A stretch of DNA of 64,000 nucleotides from the NCBI GenBank assembly GCA_965197745.1, contig CBDANS010000006.1, positions 736,001-800,000 of the forward strand, in the 5' to 3' direction. The notes under the pieces were generated by a model. The model had not been told where the DNA came from. It saw nothing but the letters and a program-made list of their open reading frames with translations, and did no database searches. This DNA is from Opitutales bacterium. GTDB lineage: Bacteria; Verrucomicrobiota; Verrucomicrobiia; Opitutales; PNEW01. Below are positions 38,979-48,970 of the stretch, in pieces. Positions within the stretch are counted from its first letter, which is position 1, and every line of letters starts with the position of its first letter. Both the position numbers and the translations under genes were made by a program.

Positions 38979-39030
38979 AATTGTTCGCTTCTGAAATACT
39001 TTCTTTTCTCTCTATTTTTTGGTTACTCAT
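38749..39030 (-). CDS. Candidate antisense-overlapping gene starting inside the right IR
   Basis: MSNQKIERK...EDVLIAISKLQEA...FGK...NFVHHLLF resembles 37083-37454. Confidence 0.3.
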   Translation of the reverse strand: MSNQKIERKESISEANNFIRLSEDVLIAISKLQEAEALMFGKDVSPSWDQMLQVLTQGGTRISHHHIESTLFHGQDKGQRLVLAVNFVHHLLF

Positions 39031-39054
39031 GTATATAATTCCCCAAATTAAAGA

Positions 39055-40791
39055 ATGCTCCATAAAACAAAACAAGGTAGCGGCGCTCGCACATACAGTG
39101 AGTTATCACCATTAGATCCGGACATTGAAATTGCACGCAGGGCAAGTCTGGATCCAATCGCTGATGTAGCGCGCCATTCGGGATTAGAACCGAATGAAGT
39201 CGACCCTTATGGCTCGACCAAAGCAAAAATAAATGATCAGGCCTTTAAGCGATTGGATAAGCACCCCGAGGGAAAATTAATTTTAGTCACAGCAATGACA
39301 CCCACACCGGCGGGTGAAGGTAAAACGGTAACGAGCATTGGCCTGGCCCAAGCTTTGGGCAAAATGAAACGCCCTCATATGCTGGCTTTACGTGAGCCAT
39401 CGCTGGGGCCCACATTTGGCCTGAAAGGAGGCGCAGCGGGTGGTGGATATGCCCAGGTTCTACCGATGGAAGATATCAACCTGCATTTTACGGGAGACAT
39501 GCACGCCGTAACAACCGCCCACAATTTGCTGGCCGCGGTTGTCGATAACCATGTATTCCATGGTAATAAGCTGGGGATCGATCCCCAAAAAATAGTATGG
39601 CGCCGCGTCATAGATTTATGCGACCGCCAGTTAAGGCAGTGTGATATCGGACTGGGGTCGAAATTTGACGGCTTTCCCCACCGCTCAGGCTTTGATATTA
39701 CGGCATCCTCAGAGATCATGGCTATCCTTTCACTGACGAAGGACCTCCATGATCTAAAAGACCGGCTTGAACGAATTGTTGTCGCTTACAACCAGGATGA
39801 TGAACCCCTATTTGCATCCCAATTGAACGTCGTGGGGGCGATGATGGTATTACTCAAAGACGCGATAAGCCCGAATCTAGTCCAGACAATTGAAAATACT
39901 CCGGCTATTATTCACTGTGGACCTTTTGGCAACATCGCCCACGGCTGTAACAGTGTCCGGGCCACACAGATTGCTTTAAAACTGACTGATTACGTTGTGA
40001 CGGAAGCGGGATTTGCCGCTGATTTAGGTGCTGAAAAATTTATTGATATCAAATGCCGACTGGCCGGGATAAAACCTGATGTTGCCGTCCTCGTGACAAC
40101 TTGCCGGGCGCTTAAAATGCATGGCGGTGTGCCGAGGGAAGAGATCGACAAAAAGAACCTTGAGGCCCTCGAAACAGGCTTCGCTAATTTGCGTATTCAC
40201 ATTGAAAACCTAAAAAAATTTCATCTTCCCACTGTTGTTGCGGTCAACCGATTTCTCAGTGACAGCCCGGCTGAACTGGACCTCGTATTTAAATTTTGTA
40301 AGGAGCAGGATACCCCCGCGGCCCTATCGGAAGTAGCTGCGTTCGGTGGCGATGGTGGTTTAGAATTAGCGGGTGAAGTTCTGTCGATAATCGAAAAGAA
40401 CGACAAAACGGATTCCCGCTTACACTATCTGTATGATGTTGATTTGCCCATTAAAGAGAAAATTGAAATTATTGCGCGGGAGATATACCGAGCTGATGGA
40501 GTCGATTATCACGAATTAGCTGAGGAGAATATTAATAGGCTGGAGCGACACGGTCTGAATAATTTGCCGGTCTGCATGGCGAAAACCCAGTTCTCGATAT
40601 CCGACAACCCAAAAAAGCTGGGCGCTCCCACGAATTGGCGATTAACGGTTCGTGAAGTCAAGATCAGCAACGGTGCCGGGTACCTGGTAGCTGTTACGGG
40701 GAAAATGCTGCTTATGCCGGGAATGCCCAAACAAGCGGCCATTGAAAAAATTGGCATCGATGATGACGGCAACAGCTATGGGCTGTCATAG
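39055..40791 (+). CDS. fhs: Formate--tetrahydrofolate ligase
   Basis: TPTPAGEGKT, GAAGGGYAQV, NLHFTGD, GPFGNIAHGCNS, EAGFAADLGAEKF. Confidence 0.97.
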   Translation: MLHKTKQGSGARTYSELSPLDPDIEIARRASLDPIADVARHSGLEPNEVDPYGSTKAKINDQAFKRLDKHPEGKLILVTAMTPTPAGEGKTVTSIGLAQALGKMKRPHMLALREPSLGPTFGLKGGAAGGGYAQVLPMEDINLHFTGDMHAVTTAHNLLAAVVDNHVFHGNKLGIDPQKIVWRRVIDLCDRQLRQCDIGLGSKFDGFPHRSGFDITASSEIMAILSLTKDLHDLKDRLERIVVAYNQDDEPLFASQLNVVGAMMVLLKDAISPNLVQTIENTPAIIHCGPFGNIAHGCNSVRATQIALKLTDYVVTEAGFAADLGAEKFIDIKCRLAGIKPDVAVLVTTCRALKMHGGVPREEIDKKNLEALETGFANLRIHIENLKKFHLPTVVAVNRFLSDSPAELDLVFKFCKEQDTPAALSEVAAFGGDGGLELAGEVLSIIEKNDKTDSRLHYLYDVDLPIKEKIEIIAREIYRADGVDYHELAEENINRLERHGLNNLPVCMAKTQFSISDNPKKLGAPTNWRLTVREVKISNGAGYLVAVTGKMLLMPGMPKQAAIEKIGIDDDGNSYGLS

Positions 40792-40843
40792 CAATTTCCG
40801 CCCTCGGTATATTGGATCACAATACCATAAGCACTGATCACCC

Positions 40844-42085
40844 ATGCCCTACCGTCTTTTACGTTTCGCACTGAACAAGAAATACCCTGAGCCTCGCATG
40901 TTCACCGAGCCTGATAAGCTCAAAAAACATTACGATGTAGTCATTATTGGAGGTGGGGGTCATGGATTAGCAGCAGCCTATTACCTGGCACGCGACTACG
41001 GTATAACCAACGTGGCAGTACTTGAAAAAAACTATATCGGAAGCGGGGGGACCGGGAGAAACACGGCCATTGTCCGCGCAAACTACCTCACTGCTGAAGG
41101 AGTGCGCTTTTACGACCAAAGTGTTAAACTGTTTCAGGATCTGTCAGCTGAATTTGACCTGAACCTCTTTTACTCTGAGCGCGGCCATTTTACCATGGCT
41201 CACAGTGATTCCGCCCTCCGCACCATGCGCTGGCGCGCAGAAGTCAATAAGCATTTAGGTGTCGACAGTATCCTCGTTGACCGAGCATTCATTAAGGGAA
41301 AAATACCGGAGATCGATCTCGATTGCGGAGATAATATGCCTATCGTTGGCGCCCTCTACCACCCGCCGGGTGCGATCGCGCGCCATGATGCCGTGGCCTG
41401 GGGTTACGGCCGCGGTGCAGACAGGCGCGGTGCGGAAATCCACCAGCAGACTACCGTCACCGGCATCGAAGTGAAAAATGATAAAGTAGTGGGGGTAAAG
41501 ACGGACAAAGGCACTATTGAAACACCCCGTGTTCTCTCTGCGGTTGCCGGCTATACACCACGCATTACGCAGATGTTAGGCCTTCGTACCCCCATTGTTG
41601 TTCACCCTCTCCAGGCCTATGTGACCGAGCCAACGAAGCCCTGGCTGAACGCCATCGTCGTCTCGGCTAGTTTTCATTTATATATCAGCCAGTCTTCACG
41701 GGGGGAGCTGGTTATGGGCGCTGCACTCGATCCTTATGAATTGCACTCGACGCGTTCCACCCTGGATTTTGCCGAAGGATTATCGGGCCATACCCTGGAA
41801 CTTTTCCCTTTTCTCTCCGATATCAAGGTTCTGCGCCAGTGGGCTGGATTGTCGGACATGACACCGGACTTTTCACCGATCATGGGGAAAACGCGGATCC
41901 ATGGGTTTTACATCGACGCGGGTTGGGGGACCTGGGGTTTTAAAGCAACCCCGATAAGTGGAAAAACCATGGCTTATACCGTGGCGAATGATGACGATCA
42001 CGAAACCATTAAACCCTTCAACCTTTCTCGATTCGAGCAATATGAACTTGTCGGCGAAAAAGGAGCCGCATCGGTGGGTCACTGA
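40844..42085 (+). CDS. mgdA: N-methylglutamate dehydrogenase / sarcosine oxidase beta-type subunit
   Basis: GGGGHGLA, GRNTAIVRANY, ARHDAVAWGY, GWGTWGFKATP; context with gmaS-mgs. Confidence 0.85.
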   Translation: MPYRLLRFALNKKYPEPRMFTEPDKLKKHYDVVIIGGGGHGLAAAYYLARDYGITNVAVLEKNYIGSGGTGRNTAIVRANYLTAEGVRFYDQSVKLFQDLSAEFDLNLFYSERGHFTMAHSDSALRTMRWRAEVNKHLGVDSILVDRAFIKGKIPEIDLDCGDNMPIVGALYHPPGAIARHDAVAWGYGRGADRRGAEIHQQTTVTGIEVKNDKVVGVKTDKGTIETPRVLSAVAGYTPRITQMLGLRTPIVVHPLQAYVTEPTKPWLNAIVVSASFHLYISQSSRGELVMGAALDPYELHSTRSTLDFAEGLSGHTLELFPFLSDIKVLRQWAGLSDMTPDFSPIMGKTRIHGFYIDAGWGTWGFKATPISGKTMAYTVANDDDHETIKPFNLSRFEQYELVGEKGAASVGH

Positions 42086-42087
42086 GT

Positions 42088-42354
42088 ATGAAGATTCTCG
42101 AATGTCCCGTTAACGGTCCGCGGCCCATCCAGGAATTTATCTATGGCGGGGAGTACCGCCCTATGCCCGAACCCGATAAAGTCTCCGATGATTCCTGGGC
42201 AGACTATGTCTTCAATCGATCCGGGGAGCCGGGAATTAAGCGAGAATGGTGGTATCATATCGCCAGCGGAACCTGGTTCATCGCCGAACGTGACACCTTG
42301 AATGATGTCTTCATCCGAACTTACTTGCACGGGAAAATGAATAATAATGAGTGA
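42088..42354 (+). CDS. mgdB: NMG dehydrogenase / sarcosine oxidase delta-type subunit
   Basis: CPVNGPR..EFIYGGE, EWWYH, ERDT. Confidence 0.85.
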   Translation: MKILECPVNGPRPIQEFIYGGEYRPMPEPDKVSDDSWADYVFNRSGEPGIKREWWYHIASGTWFIAERDTLNDVFIRTYLHGKMNNNE

Positions 42355-45259
42355 ACGATTAGAGCAACGGTCAGGAGAATGGATCGACCGTTCGAGAACG
42401 GTTCGTTTTCAATTTGAAGGGGAAACTTATACCGGATTTGCCGGTGACACCATCAGTTCTGCCCTATGGGCCAACGGTGTGCGTGTGCTGGGTCGCAGTT
42501 TTAAATATCATCGTTGCCGCGGTATTTTTGGATTCGCTGATGTCGATTGCAATGCAATGGTGGAATCGGATTCCACAACTAATATCCGCGCTGATCTCAC
42601 ACCGATAGAAGAGGGCATGTCAGTCAGGGCTGTAAACACTTCGGGTAATTTAAAAAAGGACCGCTTGCGTTTTTTAGATTTCTTTGGCGCGTTCACACCT
42701 GTGGGTTTTTATTACAAGGCATTTCACACCCCGAAAAAACTGTTTCCCTTTTATGAAAACCAGATCAGAAAAATCGCAGGGCTGGGAACGGTCAACACAA
42801 ACAAGCCATTGAAGCCGGTTATCAAGGACTACGACTTTTGTGATATACTGATTATAGGATCCGGGCCGTCCGGTTTATCGGCAGCCATTAAGGCGGCAGA
42901 GAGCGGAGCCGATGTGCTCATTGTCGATGAAAATCCTCACCCGGGAGGAACCTTTACCTATCAATATAAAGGCCATGATGCGGAAAATGATTTATTAAAT
43001 CAACTCTTAGAAAAAGTTATAGATCATGAAAATATTGAATTGCGAACCGCTACCATAGCTTCCGGCTATTACGCCGACCACTGGGTCTGCCTCGCGAATA
43101 AAGAACGGATGACAAAACTGCGGGCGCGCGCAGTAGTGGTGGCCTCAGGATGTTATGAACAACCGGCAGTCTTTCACAATAATGACCTACCCGGTGTGAT
43201 GTTGGCCAGTGCTGCATTGCGTTTAATAAACCATTACGCGGTGAAACCTTTTCATAATGTTGTCATTCTCGCAGCTAACACCGATGGGTACCGATGCGCA
43301 ATGGATCTTCATGAAGCGGGTATAAATGTTGTTTCGCTTGTCGATCTTAGAAATGCTGGTGAAAACTCGGAACTCAACAGGAGAGTAAAAGGTTCAGGTA
43401 TCCCCATCATACCCGGCCATTACATCTATGAAGCCATTCCCGGACGAGGAAAACAATCCGTGCGCGGCGCGGTATTACGCTCCGTAGATGCCGATAGTAT
43501 GTCGATAAAGGAATCGGAAAAAATTTTAAATTGTGATGGCATCATCTTGAGTGTGGGCTGGACGCCTGCTGATGGAATACTGCGTCAGGGAAACACGCGC
43601 ATGGAATATAATAACACCCTGGAACAGTTCATTCCTGCTGAATGCGCAGAAGGAGTATTTGCCGCAGGCCGGGTCAACGGTATTTTTGAATTAGATAAAA
43701 AACTGGTGGACGGCCGATGCGCCGGCATTGAAGCAGCAACGTATATAGGCCTGGTTAAAAACAATTCAGAAAAAAGACCCTCATACGATCGATCGTCGAG
43801 AAGCCACCCCTACCCCATTTATGACCACCCAAAAGGGAAAAACTTTATCGATCTTGATGAGGATGTACAGCTCAAGGATATTGTTAATTCAATCAGTGAA
43901 GGTTACGATAGTGCCGAACTTTTAAAACGCTATTCTACTCTCGGAATGGGGCCCAGCCAGGGCAAGCACTCCAATCTCCTCGCCTTGAGGATCCTCGCGC
44001 GCACGCGCGGGGAGACTATGACGGGTAAGCAGATCACCACCGCCCGTCCCTTCACCTCACCTGTCAGCATGGGACATCTCGCCGGTCGGATTTTTACTCC
44101 ACAACGCCGCACGCCACTGCATGGACGACACCAAGCATTGGGCGCGATATTCATGTATGCTGGAAACTGGTTGCGCCCGGAATATTACGCAGTGAAAGAA
44201 TTCAAACGCAGTCAATGTATAGCCGCTGAAGTAGCAAATGTCCGCGTACGTCTTGGCCTAATCGATCAGGGAACACTCGGTAAAATAGAGATCAGCGGTC
44301 CCGACGTAATCACCTTGCTGGAAAGAATCTACACCGGGCGATTCGCTAAGCTGAAAGTGGGTATGACACGATACGGATTAATGTGCGACGAAAGCGGAGT
44401 GATCATCGATGATGGCGTTATCGCTCGTCCAGGAGAAGACCGTTATTATGTAAGCACCACCACTTCGGGCTCGGATGGCATCTATCAGGAATTACAGCGA
44501 CATGTGATTGAATCGGACCTGGAGGTAGTATTAGTCAATGCCACGAGTACCTACTTCGCGATGAACCTGGCCGGCCCCCATTCCCGCAAAGTGTTACAAC
44601 CGCTCACTGATGTAAGCCTCGAGCAGGAAGCATTTCCTTATTTAGGCATTCGCGAAGGCAATGTTGCCGATGTCCCCGCGAGATTAACCCGTGTCGGGTT
44701 TGTGGGGGAACTGGGTTATGAGATTCACCTTCCTGTCGACGGCGCGGTGACGGCGTGGGATGCAATTATGGATGCGGGAAAACCTTATGGAATAAAACCT
44801 TTTGGGGTGGAAGCGCAACGCGTCCTTAGATTAGAGAAAGGCCACATCATTGTTAGCCAGGATACGGACGGTCTTACCCAACCTTTCGAAGCCGGTATGA
44901 GATGGGCAGTAAAAATGGAGAAGCCGTTCTTTGTTGGCCAGAGAAGCCTGAATATTATTGAGAAAATGAAACTCGAACGAAAGCTCGTTGGATTCACTTT
45001 ACCTGAAAATTACACAGGCTCTGAACCGAAAGAGTGCAATCTCGTGATTAAGAACGACAAGATGATCGGCCGTGTCACAAGTATCGGATTTAGTCCAACC
45101 CTAGGAAGGTTAATAGGTTTGGCCTATACAAACGCGGAAGACAGTGAAGCGAGGTCAACCTTACAAATAAAGCTGGATGACGCGTCACTCGTTGAAGCAA
45201 CAGTCGTAAAAACGCCATTTTATGACCCGCAAAATTTAAGACAGAATATTAGTGAATAA
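42347..45259 (+). CDS. mgdC: NMG dehydrogenase / sarcosine oxidase alpha-type subunit
   Basis: GRSFKYHR, KRYSTLGMGPSQGK, GcvT-like C-terminus GFVGELGYE, LRLEKGH. Confidence 0.88.
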   Translation: MSERLEQRSGEWIDRSRTVRFQFEGETYTGFAGDTISSALWANGVRVLGRSFKYHRCRGIFGFADVDCNAMVESDSTTNIRADLTPIEEGMSVRAVNTSGNLKKDRLRFLDFFGAFTPVGFYYKAFHTPKKLFPFYENQIRKIAGLGTVNTNKPLKPVIKDYDFCDILIIGSGPSGLSAAIKAAESGADVLIVDENPHPGGTFTYQYKGHDAENDLLNQLLEKVIDHENIELRTATIASGYYADHWVCLANKERMTKLRARAVVVASGCYEQPAVFHNNDLPGVMLASAALRLINHYAVKPFHNVVILAANTDGYRCAMDLHEAGINVVSLVDLRNAGENSELNRRVKGSGIPIIPGHYIYEAIPGRGKQSVRGAVLRSVDADSMSIKESEKILNCDGIILSVGWTPADGILRQGNTRMEYNNTLEQFIPAECAEGVFAAGRVNGIFELDKKLVDGRCAGIEAATYIGLVKNNSEKRPSYDRSSRSHPYPIYDHPKGKNFIDLDEDVQLKDIVNSISEGYDSAELLKRYSTLGMGPSQGKHSNLLALRILARTRGETMTGKQITTARPFTSPVSMGHLAGRIFTPQRRTPLHGRHQALGAIFMYAGNWLRPEYYAVKEFKRSQCIAAEVANVRVRLGLIDQGTLGKIEISGPDVITLLERIYTGRFAKLKVGMTRYGLMCDESGVIIDDGVIARPGEDRYYVSTTTSGSDGIYQELQRHVIESDLEVVLVNATSTYFAMNLAGPHSRKVLQPLTDVSLEQEAFPYLGIREGNVADVPARLTRVGFVGELGYEIHLPVDGAVTAWDAIMDAGKPYGIKPFGVEAQRVLRLEKGHIIVSQDTDGLTQPFEAGMRWAVKMEKPFFVGQRSLNIIEKMKLERKLVGFTLPENYTGSEPKECNLVIKNDKMIGRVTSIGFSPTLGRLIGLAYTNAEDSEARSTLQIKLDDASLVEATVVKTPFYDPQNLRQNISE

Positions 45260-45276
45260 AAAAGGAGCTTTCCTGA

Positions 45277-45921
45277 ATGTATCTTAGACGCAGTGCTCTT
45301 CACAGTGAATTAGAAAAACGGAAGCCCGTTTGGGGAACCCTGCACGGAATGGAAGTTCCCTTGCATTATGGAAGTGAACAGTCAGAATCGGCGTCCATGC
45401 GTGAACTGGCACTATGCGATGTAAGCGCCCTGTTTAAACTGGGAATAAAGGGACGAAACGCGGAAACGTGGCTGAGAAATCAAAGCATACCGATCCCTGA
45501 AGAAATTTACGCATGGCAGGAATTTGAGAATGGATTAATAATCCGTGTGGCACAGGACGAATTTTTTCTCGAAGACAATTTTATTGGGGGCAAGATTGCC
45601 GAACTGAGCCGTATCCTCGGTCAGGGTGAAGCGGGTGTCTATCGAGTGGAACGTCAGGATACCGGATTACTATTAAGTGGTAATCGATCACAGGAAGTAC
45701 TGGCCCAAACCTGTTCATACCCATTCAATAATCACAAGGAGAAACTTGTCATGACGAGGGTTGCTCTCGTATCGTGTTCCATCCTACCCATGAATGTATC
45801 GGGAGTTGAGACATATCGGATTTGGTTCAATGCCGCGCACGGCATTTACTTGTGGAATTCACTTACGGAAATTGTGGAAGAACTTGAAGGTAAAACTGTG
45901 GGGGTCGCTGCTTTTATGTAA
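45277..45921 (+). CDS. mgdD: NMG dehydrogenase / sarcosine oxidase gamma-type subunit
   Basis: GcvT-like short subunit after the alpha subunit (LCDVS, LAQTCS). Confidence 0.75.
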   Translation: MYLRRSALHSELEKRKPVWGTLHGMEVPLHYGSEQSESASMRELALCDVSALFKLGIKGRNAETWLRNQSIPIPEEIYAWQEFENGLIIRVAQDEFFLEDNFIGGKIAELSRILGQGEAGVYRVERQDTGLLLSGNRSQEVLAQTCSYPFNNHKEKLVMTRVALVSCSILPMNVSGVETYRIWFNAAHGIYLWNSLTEIVEELEGKTVGVAAFM

Positions 45922-46046
45922 GTTGCAAATATAATGGTTAATACATTAAACCTCAATTTCGCGGACGTGACACCCCTGTAAGGTTTTTCTCAAAACTTAA
46001 TAATTCAGAAATTAAATTAAAAATTATAACCCAATATAAATGAGTA

Positions 46047-47387
46047 GTGATTATGAATGCTAATGAAGCCAAAACGTTTTTAAAGGACCACAAGGTAAAA
46101 TATGTGTTGGCACAATTTGTGGACGTCCATGGTGTAGCGAAAACTAAAGCGGTTCCGGTTGGCCATTTTGACGATATCCTCACCGATGGCGCGGGTTTCG
46201 CGGGATTTGCGGTATGGGGAATGGGGCAGGAACCTCATGACCCTGATTTCATGGCCGTGGGCGATCCTTCCACATTATCACTAGTCCCCTGGCAGGATGG
46301 GTTTGCGAGAATGGTCTGTAACGGAATGGTAAATAATGAACCCTGGCCTTTTGACACGCGCTACATTCTCTCCCAACAATTGAATCGATTTAAAGAGCGC
46401 GGGTGGACGCTGAATACCGGGCTGGAACCCGAGTTCATGCTTCTTTTAAAAAATGATGACGGCACGGTGAGACCCGCTGATCCCAGTGATCGGCTCGATA
46501 AACCCTGCTATGATTATAAGGGATTGTCGAGAAGCCGGGGTTTTATCGAAAAGCTTGTCGATTCTCTCATGACCGTTGGCTATGACGTCTACCAGATCGA
46601 TCACGAAGATTCGAACGGGCAGTTTGAAATCAATTTCACCTATACTGACGCCATGACTACTGCCGATCGTTATATCTTTTTTCGCATGGCCGCCGGAGAA
46701 ATTGCCCGCGAGTTTGGTGTCATCTGCTCTTTTATGCCAAAGCCAATGGCAACGCGAACGGGAAGTGGCATGCACACCCATATTTCTATCAGCGATAAAG
46801 ATGGGAATCAGTTATTTGAAGACGAGTCTGATAAAAATAATTTAGGTCTCTCATCCCTGGCTTATCATTTTATGGGTGGTCTCTTTGAACACGCTCCCGC
46901 TCTTGCCGCATTAGTCGCGCCATCGGTCAACTCCTACAAAAGGTTAGTTGTCGGTCGAGCGCTCTCCGGAGCCACCTGGGCACCCGCCTATATTTCGTAT
47001 GGTGACAATAATCGAACAAGCATGGTACGTGTGCCTCATGGGCGCCTCGAACTCAGGCTCAGCGATTCCAGTTGTAATCCTTATCTCTCAACTGCGGCTA
47101 TCATTGTCGCGGGATTGGACGGGATTGAACGCAATCTTGATCCGGGCAAACCGCATAATATCAATCATTACAATTACTCGCTCGAAGAAATTCAGGCGAT
47201 GGGAATCAAAATTCTTCCCCAGACCTTAAAAGAAGCAATTGACGCACTTGAAAAGGATACATTGTTCAGTGAGCAATTGGGCAGCGATTTCATTAAAGAA
47301 TTTATTATGGTAAAGGATATGGAATGGGTAGAGTACTCACGCCATGTATCCGATTGGGAACTCAATCGCTATCTTGAATATTATTAA
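46047..47387 (+). CDS. gmaS: Gamma-glutamylmethylamide synthetase (GlnT-type glutamine synthetase-like)
   Basis: [49 protein letters not shown]. Confidence 0.9.
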   Translation: MIMNANEAKTFLKDHKVKYVLAQFVDVHGVAKTKAVPVGHFDDILTDGAGFAGFAVWGMGQEPHDPDFMAVGDPSTLSLVPWQDGFARMVCNGMVNNEPWPFDTRYILSQQLNRFKERGWTLNTGLEPEFMLLLKNDDGTVRPADPSDRLDKPCYDYKGLSRSRGFIEKLVDSLMTVGYDVYQIDHEDSNGQFEINFTYTDAMTTADRYIFFRMAAGEIAREFGVICSFMPKPMATRTGSGMHTHISISDKDGNQLFEDESDKNNLGLSSLAYHFMGGLFEHAPALAALVAPSVNSYKRLVVGRALSGATWAPAYISYGDNNRTSMVRVPHGRLELRLSDSSCNPYLSTAAIIVAGLDGIERNLDPGKPHNINHYNYSLEEIQAMGIKILPQTLKEAIDALEKDTLFSEQLGSDFIKEFIMVKDMEWVEYSRHVSDWELNRYLEYY

Positions 47388-47405
47388 TTTTTCGGGATCC
47401 AATAT

Positions 47406-48296
47406 ATGTGCGGCATCGTAGGACTATTTGCCAAAAAAAAGGAGATGAGGGAATCTCTGGGTAGCTACGTTGTCCCGATGATTGTTTGCATGGGTGATCG
47501 TGGTCAGGATTCAACGGGTCTTGCCGTGTTCAACGAGCAAATAAAAAAAAATGGCCATCGCATAAATTTATTCTCTCGGGATCATGCCTTTCCATGGGAC
47601 CAATTATCTGAGCGACTTTCTAAGGAGGTAAAATGTGAATTCAAGGTCATTGATAACCATGCTATCATCATATCATCGGAAGATACGCAAAAGGTGATCG
47701 ATTGGCTGAGGGAACATTTTCCAGAGCTTTTTGTTCTCTCCACGGGACAAACCATCGACGTCTTTAAAGATACGGGGCACCCTCGTGATATAGCAGAAAG
47801 ATATCAATTTAATGAATTAAATGGCACGCACTGTGTGGGGCATACAAGGATGGCTACGGAATCCGCGGTTACCCCCTATCACTCGCATCCCTTCATTGCC
47901 GGTGAAGATTTATGTCTCGTGCATAACGGTTCACTTTCCAACCATCACAACTTAAGGCGCATGCTTGAAAAGCGAGGCATTCATTTTGAGACCGATAATG
48001 ATACGGAAGCAGTATGCCGTTACCTGCAATGGCGCATGCGGGAAGGCGATACGATTGAAGAGGCCCTGCAACGCGCCTTCGAGGAAGTGGATGGATTTTA
48101 CACCCTGCTTATTGGCACCGAAGACCGGATCGTTCTTGTTCGCGATGCTTTTGCCTGTAAACCTGCGGTAATAGCGGAAACAGATGATTATGTGGCTATC
48201 GGATCTGAATTTCGAACGATGGCCCATCTGCCGGAGATAGAACACGCACAGCTATACGAGCCCAGACCCAAAGAGATTTATTCATGGAAAGTTTAG
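47406..48296 (+). CDS. mgsA: N-methylglutamate synthase subunit A (Ntn amidotransferase)
   Basis: MCGIVG, GHTRMATES, HNGSLSN, ETDNDTE. Confidence 0.88.
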   Translation: MCGIVGLFAKKKEMRESLGSYVVPMIVCMGDRGQDSTGLAVFNEQIKKNGHRINLFSRDHAFPWDQLSERLSKEVKCEFKVIDNHAIIISSEDTQKVIDWLREHFPELFVLSTGQTIDVFKDTGHPRDIAERYQFNELNGTHCVGHTRMATESAVTPYHSHPFIAGEDLCLVHNGSLSNHHNLRRMLEKRGIHFETDNDTEAVCRYLQWRMREGDTIEEALQRAFEEVDGFYTLLIGTEDRIVLVRDAFACKPAVIAETDDYVAIGSEFRTMAHLPEIEHAQLYEPRPKEIYSWKV

Positions 48297-48970
48297 ATTT
48301 GGCCAATCAACCCATCCGAGAAATCAACCAGTATTTTCACCAGCTTGATGCCTCGGACACGCGCGAGATTGAAATCCACCACCCGAACGGCGCGCATAAT
48401 ATCGCGGTTGGCCTCAACGCGCCAGTCAAAGTGCATATTCACGGTCACGCCGGATATTTTATCGCTGGCATGAATAAACAGGCAGAAATCATTATACACG
48501 GAAACGTGGGGTGGAGCGTAGCTGAAAATATGATGTCAGGGGTTGTCAGGGTGAATGGTTTCGCTTCGGAATGCGCAGGGGCATCCGGACATGGCGGTCT
48601 TCTCATTATTAAAGGCGATGCCTCATCCCGCTGCGGGATATCGATAAAAGGTTGTAATATTGTAGTCGGTGGAAATGTCGGACATATGTCCGCATTCATG
48701 GCACAGGCAGGGTATTTACTTGTTTGTGGTGACGCGGATCATGGTCTGGGCGACTCCCTCTATGAAGCGGTAATTTACATAAGAGGAAAAATTCACGGCC
48801 TGGGCGCGGATGCCCGTGAAGAATCGATGAATGAATCAGATTATGCCAAGGTAAATGAACTTTTGGAAATGTCAGAATTCAAATATGATCCCCAAGAATT
48901 TAAACGGGTCGCCTCGGCGAAAACCCTTTACCATTGGTCACCAAACTCCATATCGTCAGCCGTGCTATGA
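48284..48970 (+). CDS. mgsB: N-methylglutamate synthase subunit B (GXGXG domain)
   Basis: AENMMSG, RCGISIKG, GHMSAFMAQAG, LGDSLYE. Confidence 0.88.
   Translation: MESLDLANQPIREINQYFHQLDASDTREIEIHHPNGAHNIAVGLNAPVKVHIHGHAGYFIAGMNKQAEIIIHGNVGWSVAENMMSGVVRVNGFASECAGASGHGGLLIIKGDASSRCGISIKGCNIVVGGNVGHMSAFMAQAGYLLVCGDADHGLGDSLYEAVIYIRGKIHGLGADAREESMNESDYAKVNELLEMSEFKYDPQEFKRVASAKTLYHWSPNSISSAVL

Larger units (their letters stand above)
36122..39043 (-). mobile_element. IS1595-family element carrying passenger genes
   Basis: IRs GGGAATTATATACATAAGTAACCA (36122-36145) and TGGTTACTCATGTATATAATTCCC (39020-39043), 23/24 match; 8-bp TSD CAAATTAA at 36114-36121 and 39044-39051. Confidence 0.93.
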
